DNA of 64,000 nucleotides, taken from contig NIVC01000031.1 of NCBI GenBank assembly GCA_002269645.1, forward strand, positions 1,054,001-1,118,000, read 5' to 3'. The DNA is from Macrostomum lignano. Its lineage: Eukaryota. Each line of letters opens with the position of its first letter. Position 1 is the stretch's first letter. The notes beneath the pieces are model-generated. The model was given only the letters and a program-made list of their open reading frames with translations, searched no databases and was not told the origin of the DNA. Positions 12,828-27,069 of the stretch are shown one piece after another. The position numbers were made by a program, and so were the translations under genes.

Positions 12828-13390
12828 CAGACTTAGTAGATAAGAGAGGTAGACAGTGGATTGACTTAGTAGACAGGAGAGGTAGACACTAGATGTACTT
12901 AGTAGACAGGAGAGGTATACAGTAGATCACTGACTTAATAGACAGGAGGTAGACAGTAGATTATTGACATAGTAGACAGTAGATTACTGACTTAGTAGAC
13001 AGGACAGGCAGACAGTAGATTACTGACTTAGTAGACAGGACAGGCAGACAGTAGATTACTGACTTAGTAGACAAGAGAGGTAGACAGTAGATTAGGGGGG
13101 GGGGATCGGGAAAAATTAACTTAAGGGCTAAATATAGAAGCTTTCGAAAAAACAGTTGGCCAGAGCAATAGAGAGAAAAGGGGAGAAAAGAGACGAGAGA
13201 GAAGGGAAGAAATAAGAGGAGATAGGCAAGATGAGAGAGGAGAGGAGAGAGGAAGGGAGAGAGGCTGGAGTGGAGAGGAGGAAAGAGAGAAGGGGGAGGG
13301 GAGATGAGGGAATGTCAGGAGATTAGAGAGAAGACCCTAACCGTGAGCGGGCCGGAGGACCCCTGCAGTAGATTGACTTAGTAGACAAAA
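12828..13390. repeat. About 36-bp minisatellite (GACTTAGTAGACAGGAGAGGTAGACAGTAGATTACT) interrupted by a MITE at 13093-13365
   Basis: About 7 copies before the insertion; the unit resumes after 13365. Confidence 0.85.
13093..13365 (-). mobile_element. hAT (Buster/Charlie-like) MITE, family 1, both ends present, internal GA/CT tract
   Basis: Ends TAGGGG...GACCCCTG; perfect 8-bp TSD CAGTAGAT at 13085-13092 and 13366-13373, fitting the nnnTAnnn Buster target; internal CCGGCCCGCT motif shared with other copies. Confidence 0.8.
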
Positions 13391-14309
13391 ATAGACAGAT
13401 ATCAATAGAACCCCAGTGTCTAAGAGAAAGCACATTAAAAAGCGAGCTGCTTTTTAAAAAAGTGAGATTGATTTAAAAAATTTAAATGCTTTGTTTGTTG
13501 CATGCATGAATGGTTATATATTTCACTAAAAGCCTAACAGACAGAGACAATCAGACGCCCATTTCCCCAGTGATTAGGGAGACAAACAAAGAGAATTTAA
13601 AAAAGTAAGCATCGGAACAACAATTAAATCTCTGACAATTCGCAAAATTACTGGTATCAGACAAAGCCCTGTTGGTTTGGATATCGTTGAGTCATTCGTT
13701 CAGCCGAGGTCAACACCAGAAATCTGTGCAGCAATGGCACAGTGCAATCACAGCTCTCTACTCAATGCCTTGCTCGATTAACCCAGTCAGTTGCAATCCA
13801 AACTATTAGCAGTCACTAGCAGCACTATATAGACGACAGGAAACGCGATGTGCCAGGCTTTATGATGAGGGGTGACGCTGAGGACACAGTGGATGAGAAC
13901 TCACACAGGGCTTACTTAATTACTGAGAGTCAAGATAGATAAAGGGTGTTTTTTTAAAGTCGCAGGCGTACTATATACTATAGAGGAGTTTTTATGATGA
14001 TGAATTAATAATACAGTATGCATATATATTTGCTACTATAGATTTATATGCATACTCACACTATAAGACGGGGCAGAGAGAAGAGGAGTGGAAATGAACT
14101 GTCAATAAATCAATAATCCATCAGTTGATGAAGCTTCACAGAGAGAAAATGCGCTTCCGACATCTCTTTCCTCTCATCTCGCCTAACTTTAGTCATCTTT
14201 CTCGCCTTTTAGCTTGAGCACAATATAGGCAAAATAGCATTGGGTGGACTAAGTTAGAGTAGGCTAGAGATAACTCAACATTACACAAAGCATACTTGTA
14301 CATCTACAC

Positions 14310-15310
14310 CAGGGGACGCCAAACTCCGGCCCTCAGGCCACATGCGGCCTGAGAAGCCTCCCTATCTGGCCCCCAGGTTCCTTTGAAGGTTTACAATAGC
14401 AATCCGACCCGCTTAAGGTTTGTGTCTTTTTAGCTATCTTCTCTAATCTCCTTTCTTCTCGATTCTTCTTTTCTCTTCTCTCCTCTCCCTTCTCTCCTAT
14501 CATATCCTCTTCCTTCTGTTCTCTCCTCTCCCTTCTCTCCTATCCTATCCTCTTTCTTCTCTTCTCTTCTCTCCCTTCTCTCATATCCTATCCTCTTCCT
14601 TCTCTTCTCTCCTCTCCCTTCTCTTCTCTCCTCTCCCTTCTCTCCTATCCTATCCTCTTCCTTCTCTTCTCTTCTCTCCCTTCTCTCCTATCCTATCCTC
14701 TTCCTTCTCTTCTCTCCTCTCCCTTCTCTCCTATCCTCTTCCTTCTCTTCTCTCCTCTCCCTTCTCTCCTATCCTATCCTCTTCCTTCTCTTCTCTCCTC
14801 CCCCTTCTCTCCTATCCTATCCTCTTCCTTCTCTTCTCTCCTATCCCTTCTCTCCTATCCTATCCTCTTCCTTCTCTTCTCTTCTCTCCCTTCTCTCATA
14901 TCCTATCCTCTTGTTTCCGTTCTCTCCTCTCCCTTCTCTCCTATCCTATCCTCTTCCTTCTCTTCTCTCCTCTCCCTTCTCTCCTATCCTATCCTCTTCC
15001 TTCTCTTCTCTCCTCTCCCTTCTCTCCTATCCTATCCTCTTCCTTCTCTTCTCTCCTCTCCCTTCTCTCCTATCCTATCCTCTTCCTTCTCTTCTCTCCT
15101 CTCCCTTCTCTCCTATCCTATCCTCTTCCTTCTCTTCTCTTCTCTCCCTTCTCTCCTATCCTATCCTCTTCCTTCTCTTCTCTTCTCTCCCTTCTCTCAT
15201 ATCCTATCCTCTTGTTTCCGTTCTCTCCTCTCCCTTCTCTCCTCTCCTCTCTCTTCTCTCTTGTCCTCTCCTCTCATCTCATCTCATCTCATTCCATCTC
15301 TCCTCTCATC
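14310..15310 (+). mobile_element. hAT MITE family 1 copy whose CT tract has expanded into a 43-bp-unit satellite; right end not found
   Basis: Starts CAGGGGACGCCAAACT, preceded by ATCTACAC (nnnTAnnn); hairpin CTCAGGCC-acatgc-GGCCTGAG; core CAATAGCAATCCGACCCGCTTAAGGTTTGTGTCT; then about 870 bp of TCCTATCCTATCCTCTTCCTTCTCTTCTCTCCTCTCCCTTCTC-type units. Confidence 0.75.
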
Positions 15311-16383
15311 TTAATCTTTACACACACGCAAGAAACACGCAGAAATTTATTAATACAATATTAAATTATTTCGTACATTGGATATTGACAACCTGACTAG
15401 CAGGTCAGCACCCTGTAGAAAAATCAGTACCTACATACCATGCACAAAATTAGACACAGAACAAAGAGCAAACAAAGCTTAATCACTTCCTAGATAAAAC
15501 ATGATTATAGTCTTCGTTAGAAGCCCCCCCCAAAAAAAAGAAACGTTTGACACCCCATTGCCCCACGCGCGCGAACGTGACCCTCCCAGAAAAATCAGAT
15601 TTTAAATAAATAATTAATTAACACGAATCCTGAAAAGGGGGGATGTGAATGACAAGACTTCATTTGGCTCCAATCAGTCACTAAAAATTCCAACCCAGAG
15701 ACCCAAGCGAATAAGTCAAAACTGAAAAATTGATGGATAATCTCAATTGCAACAAGATCTAAAGAAACTCAAGCTCATTTTTCATGCTCTTTGTCCAACT
15801 AGCAGAGAATCTATTAAGAAACAAAGACTCCTTCCTTCCTTCCTAACCCATCTTCCCATTAACATGGGGGATATTTCAAGCCTAAAAACCCCCGAGGGGA
15901 GTCTCTTTCTCCCACCTCTTAAGTCGATTACTCAAACTCGAACTCAAAAAGCGAGCCGCCATTCGGAGAGAACCCTGGAACAGCTGGTCGGGTCACGATG
16001 AAACCCCTGCATCACGTGACAAAGAGCGATGCCAGTCTCTCGTTTAGTCATAATTTTTAGTTGTTCCAATGCTAATAAATTATGTCGCATGCTTCTATAC
16101 CGTACACTGTAACAAAATGGCCTTGGAAAGGAAGAAAAAGTTTCAATGGGAATTAGGTATTGATACATGGAATAGAAAACACCCGACTATACTTATCTAA
16201 AGCAATCTCAGCCAACATCTCTATAGAATTATTGCGTCGGGTAACTAGATCTAAAAAACTTCAAATAAGTATATTACTACACTGTAAGGTACTGATGCGA
16301 TTTTGCGGTATTAGTGTGACCTGATGTGTTTTAGTGTGTATCTAAGAATCCCGAAACGTCACAAGACTTTAAATTAGCTAGAG

Positions 16384-16692
16384 CAGGTGACAGCAACCTC
16401 TGGCCAGCAAAGCCTCTATCTGGCACTCGGGTTCTTTGAAATTTCACAATAGCTATCCGGCCCGCTTAAGGCTTGTGTCTCTTCTCAGCTCTCTTCTGTC
16501 TTCTCTCTTCTCTCACCTACCCTCCTCTCTCCCTCTGCTCTCTCCTCTCTCTCTCTCACCTTTCCCACTCTCCCCTCTCCTCTCTTCTCTCTCCTCTACC
16601 CTCCCCTCTTTCACTCTCTCTTTTATCTCTCATCCCTTCTCTGATTTCCTCTTCAATCTGGCCCTTGCGGTAAAAAGTTAGCCGACCTTCTG
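16384..16692 (+). mobile_element. hAT MITE family 1 copy (degenerate TIRs)
   Basis: CAGGTGACAGCAACC start, core CAATAGCTATCCGGCCCGCTTAAGGCTTGTGTCTCTTCTCAGCT, CT tract, end ATCTGGCCCTTGCGGTAAAAAGTTAGCCGACCTTCTG. No intact TSD. Confidence 0.7.
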
Positions 16693-17559
16693 AACTTTGC
16701 AAATGCCCTATACAGAGTTACAGGAAACCACAAAATTTCAAATTTAGGGATTTTACTATATTTCAAAAATTTAGGGATTCTACTAATAAGCAGAATCGTG
16801 ACAAGAAATCTCTTCAACATCAACGAGCCCAAAATCTAGCCCAATTATCGATCTGATTTGACCAACCAAGCAAAGAGTTATATCTATAAGGCATAGGTAA
16901 GGTGGCATCTGCCGCAGTAATCAGAAGGAAGAAGGAGGAAACACAGAGGCCCGAATGGTGCTTCGAGGACGAGAGGGTAGAGATGAAGAGGAAAGCACGA
17001 GGCGAAAGGAATAACACAGCCTGGACAGGAGAAGAAGTCGCAGACAGATGGCGGGTGCTGCTGGGAATCTCTGGTCCCCAAGCGATCCCACATCCTGCTG
17101 CTGCAGGCCTCCAGAAATTATGGCAATATAGATGAAACTTGGTTATAACCACGGAGAATTCCCGGTTTTTTCTCCCAATTTTTTACAGCCAAGCCCTTGG
17201 CCGGTCCGATACCCCACCAGCAGACAGCTTCCTGCCTGACTAATAGTAAAAACAGAAAAAAAGAATCACCATCCAGGGATTTACTGGGAATTTTTCCCCA
17301 AGAGACACATTATACTGCACGTGCGCACACACACTTAAATATATACATTTGCAACATTCCTCTAAATCAGTACACTGGTACACCCTGTATATTGTAAAAC
17401 TGTAATATAAAGTTCTATTACAGAAATAAAACATTTGACGAGCAACGCAAACGCAAAGAAAAAATAGAAAGTTGTTAATTTAAAGAGTAGAACATATAAT
17501 AAAAAATATAGGACGATATGCAGTTAATTATATTTCTATACATAGATAAATACATACAT

Positions 17560-18120
<561 letters not shown>

Positions 18121-18124
<4 letters not shown>

Positions 18125-18397
18125 GCTCTTGACAACTGCAAGCAGAGGCAACGAACCAGTCTTGCATATAGAATAATAGCGCCCAAGCAACCAGTCTGAC
18201 ACACACACATTATATATACATTCAAGCGTTAGCCTAGTCTAAGCAACTAGGCGGTGTGAAGAAAGATGGACCATCTACGCGTCGCGCAAACAAGCCAAGC
18301 ATGAATCCAGTCAGTTTAAACCCTTGCGCAGGCCCAAGTAACCAAAAACCGTCTTAGCCAGCCTCACCAGCCTCCTTGAAACCCGGCGACACTACTG

Positions 18398-18481
<84 letters not shown>

Positions 18482-18815
18482 CAGAGACAGACAGAAAGAC
18501 ACATAGACAAACGGACGGACAGACAGCTCTTGACAACTGCAAGCAGAGGCAACGAACCAGTCTTGCATATAAAATAATAGCGCCCAAGCAACCAGTCTGA
18601 CACACACACATTATATATGCATTCAAGCGTTAGCCTAGTCTAAGCAACTAGGCGGTGTGAAGAAAGATGGACCATCTACGCGTCGCGCAAACAAGCCAAG
18701 CATGAATCCAGTCAGTTTAAACCCTTGCGCAGGCCCAAGTAACCAAAAACCGTCTTAGCCAGCCTCACCAGCCTCCTTGAAACCCGGCGACACTACTGCA
18801 GACAGACAGACAGAC
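18121..18815. repeat. Near-identical tandem duplication, period about 401 bp (unique block plus GACA tract)
   Basis: The block starting GACAGCTCTTGACAACTGC occurs at 18121 and 18522; substitutions seen (GAATAATAGC/AAATAATAGC, TATACATTC/TATGCATTC). Confidence 0.92.
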
Positions 18816-19172
18816 GGACAGAGATAGAGGGTCATCATGAAGCACCTGAACTGCGCAACCAAATTTTTATCACCTTGTTAAAACAAGCCTATGTAGGGAG
18901 GGATACCCCAGCTACCCTTCACTGCATGGCCATGATGACTAGGTCAAGCAGGCCCTGCCTACCACCCAATCTCTGCCTTAGGTCTTAGGGCCCAGCGTGA
19001 AAACTTTGACGGTAATTAGTAGGACGAAAAAAATGATAAAGACAGGCGATCCAAATGATTAAAGAGGATAGTTGATTGGAATGAAAAATTAAAACACCAA
19101 TCAATGCCAACTTTTTAGAGAAATTATAATCTATGTCAAAATGTAGTAAGATTGTCAAATCTAGCGTGTGAA

Positions 19173-20381
19173 GGCAGAGGACAGATTCAGGCAGACACTG
19201 AGACACAACAGCTAGGCAGAGGACAGATTCAGGCAGACACTGAGACACAACAGCTAGGCAGAGGACAGATTCAGACAGATACTGAGACACAACAGCTAGG
19301 CAGAGGACAGATTCAGGCAGACACTGAGACACAACAGCTAGGCAGAGGACAGATTCAGACAGACACTGAGACACAACAGCTAGGCAGAGGACAGATTCAG
19401 ACAGACACTGAGACACAACAGCTAGGGCAGAGGACAGATTCAGACAGACACTGAGACACAACAGCTAGGCAGAGGACAGATTCAGACAGACACTGAGACA
19501 CAACAGCTAGGCAGAGGACAGATTCAGGCAGACACTGAGACACAACAGCTAGGCAGAGGACAGATTCAGACAGACACTGAGACACAACAGCTAGGCAGAG
19601 GACAGATTCAGACAGACACTGAGACACAACAGCTAGGGCAGAGGACAGATTCAGACAGACACTGAGACACAACAGCTAGGCAGAGGACAGATTCAGGCAG
19701 ACACTGAGACACAACAGCTAGGGCAGAGGACAGATTCAGGCAGACACTGAGACACAACAGCTAGGGCAGAGGACAGATTCAGACAGACACTGAGACACAA
19801 CAGCTAGGGCAGAGGACAGATTCAGACAGACACTGAGACACAACAGGTAGGCAGAGGACAGATTCAGACAGACACTGAGACACAACAGCTAGGGCAGAGG
19901 ACAGATTCAGACAGACACTGAGACACAACAGCTAGGGCAGAGGACAGATTCAGGCAGACACTGAGACACAACAGCTAGGGCAGAGGACAGATTCAGACAG
20001 ACACTGAGACACAACAGCTAGGGCAGAGGACAGATTCAGGCAGACACTGAGACACAACAGCTAGGGCAGAGGACAGATTCAGACAGACACTGAGACACAA
20101 CAGCTAGGGCAGAGGACAGATTCAGACAGACACTGAGACACAACAGGTAGGCAGAGGACAGATTCAGACAGACACTGAGACACAACAGCTAGGGCAGAGG
20201 ACAGATTCAGACAGACACTGAGACACAACAGCTAGGGCAGAGGACAGATTCAGGCAGACACTGAGACACAACAGCTAGGGCAGAGGACAGATTCAGACAG
20301 ACACTGAGACACAACAGCTAGGGCAGAGGACAGATTCAGACAGACACTGAGACACAACAGCTAGGCAGAGGACAGATTCAG
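19173..20381. repeat. 36/37-bp minisatellite (GGCAGAGGACAGATTCAGACAGACACTGAGACACAACAGCTA[G]), about 33 copies
   Basis: Directly visible. Confidence 0.97.
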
Positions 20382-20970
20382 CCAGGGACAAGGCTAGGCT
20401 AGAAGTGGCAGATACAAGAAAAAGCAGACAGCTGCCACCCATCATGTAGGTGTTGCACAGACGCCGTCAGCAGGCAGTCATATGGTTACAATAAAGGGGC
20501 AGGCCTAGCAGAAGCAGACAGGCACAAAAACTGGTTTGATTACGCAATCAAAGATGCTGAGCCGCAGAAAGGAACAGATACAGCAGATATCGCTTGGGTC
20601 GAAATTGGATTGTAGGAAAGAATGATGAAGCGGAGAGAGAGACTGGGCGGTCCCTTTTTAAATTGTTGCCGAGTGTCGAACGCTTGCTGATTGCTGCAAA
20701 ATTCTTCTATCTAGAAAACGAAATCTAAAAATAAAGAATCGGAAAGCAGATACCGATACAGACTCCGTTGAACGCTGAGTAAAGAAACTAACTGCAAGTA
20801 AGCCATTCTTATATGGCCTATTGATTACGTCATCCCGTTGAAGATAATGTTGATACTGCATGTAGCACAATCAAAAATAATTATGAAGAGAATGAATGAT
20901 ATTATTTCAGCCAAGATTTGCCAATCAGTGGACCAAGTCTTTCCTTCATGGCATTTCTTATACTTTCATT

Positions 20971-21346
20971 CGAGGGTCGGCCTTCCTTTTTTTATTCCAA
21001 GGGCCAGATGAGAGGACAGGGAATAGAGAAGAGAAGAAGGGGGAGAGTAGAAAAGAGGGGAGATTAGATAGGAGAGAAAAGAGGACGAGAGAAGAGGGGA
21101 GAGAAGAGAAGAGAAGAGAGGAGAGATTAGAGAGGAGAAATGAGAGTCAGAAAGTAAAGAGGAGAGAAGAAGGGTGATAGAGAAGAGAGGAGACTAGAGA
21201 GAAGAGAAGAGAATAGACAGGAGAGAATAGGGAGGAGAGAGGAGAGAAGACAGCTGAGAAGAGACACAAACCCTGAGCGGGGTGGATTGCTATTGTAAAG
21301 TTTCAAAGAAGCCGAGGGCTGCATAGAGAGAGGCTACGCGGGCCGG
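20971..21346 (-). mobile_element. hAT MITE family 1 copy, reverse orientation
   Basis: Reverse complement reads CCGGCCCGCG...CAATAGCAATCCACCCCGCTCAGGGTTTGTGTCTCTTCTCAGCT, CT tract, ATCTGGCCCTTGGAATAAAAAA...GCCGACCCTCG. Confidence 0.72.
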
Positions 21347-22213
21347 TTAAATTGATTATCTTGAACCCAGTCGAACAAAAGCGCGCTATTGTGAATTACT
21401 GTGCACAAGCTCGCACACGGCTAGTTTGTATATGCTGGTGTCAGGGGGTTGCGTGGCGGCTCAAGTGTAGAAATTGAACACTGTCAATTCATTTGACAGC
21501 TCTCAGGGTGTTGCAAGTCATGTGCCAGTCAAGCCAGTCAGGGTGTGACTAAGCCAACAACTAAAAGGAAGTATTGTATTATCATTTACCCGGCCAGCCA
21601 TAAAAAGAAATCACTAACTAGAAGAATTCTTATCACACTTTAAAGCAGACTTCCTGCTTTTAATTACTGACAGTTATTTATGCTTGTATGCTGCGATATA
21701 GGAAAGCAAAAAATTTTTAAACTCTGCTAGACTAAAAGATGGCTAGCAGCACACGGGCAAGCAGTAGAAGAAGCAATAAAATTGATACTATTAAAAAATA
21801 CCACTGCAGATTTCACTGCACCTCTCAGATCGAGCCCTCCCAGCCATTCCTGTGCCAGGAAACCTGATGGCCAAAAACTGGAGCTGCAAGTCTCTATAAG
21901 CAGACGGTACAGCAGTTTTAATGGTTCTACAGCAGGGGAGAGACTTGCCTGTGATTCCTGTTTCAAACCTCCCACCATTGCTGGCCTTTTTCTGTACTGT
22001 ACCGAACTGACTAAGCAAGTAACGCGACCTTTATGTAGCAAACTTTAATCAAGCTTTCGAATGCCTAAAAATGTTGCGAGACTTCTGCTTTTAGGGAGAA
22101 AATCTCTTTTAGTTTTTGGTTTTACATACTTTATTCTGTTGATGTATTCAAAATAGTGACTGAGAAAATTATCGTCTGAGTGACACAGTGACCGAGTGTT
22201 AATCACTGAGGAA

Positions 22214-22617
22214 CTGATTGACTGACTGACTGACTGACTGATTGACTGACTGACTGACTGACTGACTGACTTACTGATTGACTGATTGACTGACTGACTG
22301 ACTGACTGACTTACTGATTGACTGACTGACTGACTTACTGATTGACTGACTGACTGACTGACTGACTGATTGACTGACTGACTGACTGACTGACTGACTG
22401 ACTGACTGACTGACTGACTGACTGACTGACTGACTGACTGACTGACTGACTGACTGACTGACTGACTGACTGACTGACTGACTGACTGACTGACTGACTG
22501 ACTGACTGACTGACTGACTGACTGACTGACTGACTGGCTGACTTGAGTGAGTGAGTGGGTGACTGACTGACTGACTGGCTGACTGACTGGCTGACTTGAG
22601 TGAGTGGGTGACTGACA
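22214..22617. repeat. (GACT)n microsatellite
   Basis: Directly visible. Confidence 0.97.
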
Positions 22618-24295
22618 AATTCAATCAGTGTACACACACAACAGCAGCACACTACCCCAAAAAGCCACTGAACTGAGAGTTCGAGGGTTAACTTCGCTTT
22701 CGGAGCGATGCCACACACCACGCACAACTGAGCGACAAAATGCGTAGTTACAGTCAGAGAGGCGAAATCGAAAAAATACCGTCAGCAGCTATATGTAGAA
22801 ATCGAAAAGACGAAAGGAAAGCTTTATATGGAAACTTTTGCTTTTACTTGAACTTGAGAGTGTTTCACTGTAGGTTACGCCTGTGTGCCCCGCAGTTTTA
22901 AGCCATTACATGCAAGGGCTAACTAAGTATTGCGTAGGTAGGTAGGTACGTAGGCACACATACATGTAGATGCAATGGTAGCTGGTTTAACGGCCTCTTT
23001 TAAAATTACAAAATTCTAACTGATGAAAGAAACTTCTTTTCACACCTTTCAGCATCTGCGACGTACAATGCAAAGGTAGCCTAAAAGCATCCAATATGTC
23101 ACCCGTTTCGACAGCTGATGCGAGGAAATATTGAAACCGAACCAGGGACTTCTAAAAAATGGCACCGTGTTGGATTGGAAGCTCGCGTCTGAACATTGCG
23201 AAATCTTCTTGGAAGTTGCATCAAGATTAAATGCAAATTGATTCTTTTTTGGAATTTCACTTATGCTCAATGAAGTGACTTTACTGATTACTTTCCAGTG
23301 TGTGCCTGCGTACGTATCCGCGCGCTTGTGTGCCTGCTCAGAGGAGTCGGCAGAATGGGCAGTAATATGCCTCTTGCCGGTTATGCGACAATGTCGCTTA
23401 AAGTGTGCCAGGGTGCACACATGCCCCTGCCTCTAATAAAAAAACAAGTTAATTTCCCAATTTCTAGCTTCCAGTCCACCGTGGCCCATTTTCTAATCTG
23501 ACTGTCAAGTCGAAAAGGTAAAAAACCGTCCATCCAACCAGTGACATTCTCGCCGTCAGCTTATATGCGTGCGTACAGGGAGGTTGTTCAGTCAATTTTC
23601 AAGGAAGGAACCGCTTCTTGGAAGCAAGTTTACTGCGGTCATGGGATTTCAAACCACAGCCCTAGCAGTGTTTGGCATTGGACCGCAGCAGGGCCTGCCT
23701 CTAGTAGATGGAGAAAACCTTACTAGTAAACACACGCCTGTACGACGAAGTTCGTTGAACGGATCAATGGAACCTACTTTTTTCTACTTCGCGTCGTTTT
23801 TAACGTCTTTTTCTCTCTCTCTTCACTTCGATGTATAGGATGCATAGCCTATAGCCACAGAGGGCTATAAGTTTCGGTTTTTCTTACTAGGCCAGAAAGT
23901 AAAATGACAATTGACTTTCTCTTTCCCACCAAGTAGGCTCATCTCAGTCTAAGCCTATTCATATCCAGACCCCCGTGAGAGAGAGAGAAAAACGTAAGGC
24001 AAACACTGCATATAAAATGACAGAACACAGAAGCAGCCAAGTCAGCCGCAGTAGACATTATAAATGGTTGTCAAACTTCACTATCTACTACTGAAAATGA
24101 TTAATTTTATATAAAGACAGACTTGACAGTGGCGCCATTCTGTTATGAGAGAAACTGACCCTGTCTAAACTAAGAACCTTTGTCGGCACATCTTCAAATA
24201 AAATTTATTGAGCTAAATAATCGTGGGAATTAAAAGAAAGATGATGGGTTTAAAGAAAACGAATTGGAAGGTTAAATATTAGGCATTATAAAGCT

Positions 24296-24915
24296 CTGAC
24301 GCACCGCCACTGGGGGGGGGGGGGACATGTCCCCCCCCTTCAGTAACAGCTGGTTGATTCTGTTGACAAAGCTTTGTCCCCCCCCCCCCACACTAAATTT
24401 GTGACCCGTTGTGGAAATCAATAGTTTTGCTTCAGGGCGCCAAAATGAGTGCCTGTCTGCGGCGCCAAAATGAGTGCCCGCCTGCGGCGCCAAAATTAGT
24501 GCCTTTTTGCGGCGCCAAAATGAGTGCCTGCCTGCGGCGCCAAATTGAGTGCCTGTCTGCGGCGCCAAAATGAGTGCCTGTCTGCGGCGCCAAAATGAGT
24601 GCCTGCCTGCGGCGCAAAAATGAGTGCCTGTTTGCGGCGCCAAAAATGAGTGCCCGCCTGCGGCGCCAAAATGAGTGCCTGTTTGCGGCGCCAAAATGAG
24701 TGCCTGTTTGCGGTGCCAAAAATGAGTGCCCGCCTGCGGCGCCAAAATGAGTGCCTGTTTGCGGCGCCAAAATGAGTGCCTGTTTGCGGTGCCAAAATGA
24801 GTGCTAACAACACCGAATCCGAGAATAATGTACATGTCAGAATTTAGTGTCATGTACATGCAGAATTTTCTTGGCTTGGTCCCCCCCCACCATAAAATGC
24901 ATGACGACGCGTCTC
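24296..24915. mobile_element. hAT-like MITE family 2 (620 bp) carrying a 25-bp minisatellite
   Basis: Direct repeat ATAAAGCT at 24288-24295 and 24916-24923 (8-bp TSD); imperfect 14-bp TIRs CTGACGCACCGCCA / reverse complement GAGACGCGTCGTCA; subterminal palindrome GGGGGGGACATGTCCCCCCC. Confidence 0.7.
24436..24804. repeat. 25-bp minisatellite (GCGGCGCCAAAATGAGTGCCTGTCT), about 15 copies, inside MITE family 2
   Basis: Directly visible. Confidence 0.95.
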
Positions 24916-27069
24916 ATAAAGCTCAATCTCATATTTCAAAAGTGGTCTTCATACCCTTTTCTGTTAGCCATGCCAAAGAGAAAGAAAGTGTTCGAATTAG
25001 ATTCTTACAGAGTCCAGAGAGAGAGAGAGAGAGAAAGAGTGAAAAGAATAGAATCCCCGTGTCAGTTCTTCTTGCTCTTATCGATAATCTGCAAGATTTC
25101 CTACTAGATTAAAGCTACAGAGATTATAGCTTAGAGAGAAATAAGGGGTGAAAAATTAATATTGCAGACAGACGGCACCGTTGATACCCAGAAGGTTCAG
25201 AAGGTTATATAAAGCCTATAAGAGAGAATGGGAAGCAAGGCTGCTGGCCTTGATGATGAGGCAAGCAAAAATACGGATAGCCAGCTGGTTCTGGCAATCA
25301 GCTTGTGGGAAGCTGAAAAGAGAGGGGAAGGAGAGACTGGGACGGAGAGAGAGGGGGAGGGGAGGGCTTAAGAGAAGTAGCAGCACGCACGGCTTCTGGA
25401 AGGGGCGTCTAAGGAGGGGCTTCGGGGGGGGGGGTGGTGGTGAGAACAAAGCGATATCAGAGCGAATGATCAGTTCTACAGAAGCAGAAGCAGCCCTTCC
25501 AATTTCCCGAATATATTATATACATAATTCCTGAAGCAGAAATAGGCTTCAGAAAGCCAAAAAAATTCACTAGAAATTCGAATCAAGGCTGAAAGCAAAA
25601 AACCTCGACGAGTCGACAAGGTCAAAAGCTAAACAAGGCATAGTTCTACTATTTCTCAAAACTCCTTTGAAACTTCACAATAGCAATCTATTAAGACAAT
25701 AGAAATGTAGTGTTAATAAACACAAACAGTAAACTTACCTGGTCGATTCAATATTTAACTTCTTTCCCACAGATTCAATTTGAAAAGAGAACTTCTTCCA
25801 GCCAAATATAGTTGCGCACCAAAGATTAAAAATTGATTTGCGTGACAAGTTGGCAACAATGCTGCAAGTTTGTCGAGGAGAATTTAATTCAGTTCCATAA
25901 ATTAGTCAATACAGAAGCAAATGAAACAGAGTTCTTTTTATAAAGCAAAATAATATATGCAACTTTATGAACGAGTCTTCCTAAAGTTGCATTTTGCTAC
26001 AGCCAAGGGCAAAACTATGCCTATTTCCAGCAAGCCTCATATAATAGAGCTCTCCAAACGTTATTGAACATTTACGTAAAACCCGATCCGAAAGGAGGAT
26101 GGGTGGCTGTCCCCAACCCAACATAACCCTCTCTTGACTCTGCTCTCTATCCGTGCAGTCCTGGGCTCGACGGCTGATTGGTTGGCGGGATTGCGTTCAA
26201 AAGCAATGGCCAGACCATCTTACATACTCTCTGACTCTCTCTCTCTCTCTGTCTCTCCCGTTCTGCTTTTTCACTTCCATTTCAAACTCCTCACAAGGAA
26301 CACCAAATCGAGTGGGCCTGCCCTTGCCTGCTTCATAAACCCCAGCCAGAACTTGCCTTAAAGCAATTGCCATTTGCATTTTTGTTGTAAGTTTCCTGTC
26401 GGCTTGAGTGAGGCTTGCCCCAGACCCCACCCCACCCCCCGCAGGCTTTTCAACACTTCTTTTAGCAACAATTATAATACAACACCACTCACGCACACAC
26501 ACAATGCAAAACATAACACTTCCCGGGAACCATGCAATAATTATTCATGGAGTAAAGCTGAAGAAGCAAGTAAATGCGTTTTTTTTCTCAAATTTCCCTA
26601 AAGAAGCAATAAAAGTACAAAACGACAGTCTAATGAACGCAACAAAATGGCACAAGAAGCAAATTTCCATTTCCAAGCAATACTTTTCAATTCATCGTTT
26701 ATCAATAATTCGCTTATCACACAAGGCCATCTTCAGTGACCTACCAACCAGTGTTGACATTATTTAAATATAAAAATCAAAGTCAGTTTTATAAACAAGC
26801 AAATTCTTAGCCTTCCTGCTTATTCAAAAAACCCGACCAACAACAAAGATAAACCCTAACCCTAACCCGCTGACACAACTGATCATGTGTTTATGTCAAC
26901 CTTACTATAGGTTCAACACAGTAAACCATAAACAATTGCAAGCAAGTCAAACAAGTCTTGCTTCGCTTTGAAAGAAAAATTTGCCTAAACTTTTAGCGTC
27001 ATTATTATTTTAATAAGAAGTCTAAAGTTGCCATCGGAAAAACTCCAATGAAATTAACATCAGAATCCA

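Noticed and set aside
19173-20381. 36-37-bp periodicity reminiscent of a CRISPR array
   Set aside because: Head-to-tail units with no unique spacers, eukaryotic context, no cas genes.
25733-25745. ACTTACCTGG resembling the U1 snRNA 5' end
   Set aside because: No U1 stem-loops follow; better read as a chance or minus-strand donor (CCAG|GTAAGT).
26850-26870. (CCCTAA)n telomere-like motif (also near 57790)
   Set aside because: Only 2-3 units; not a telomeric array.
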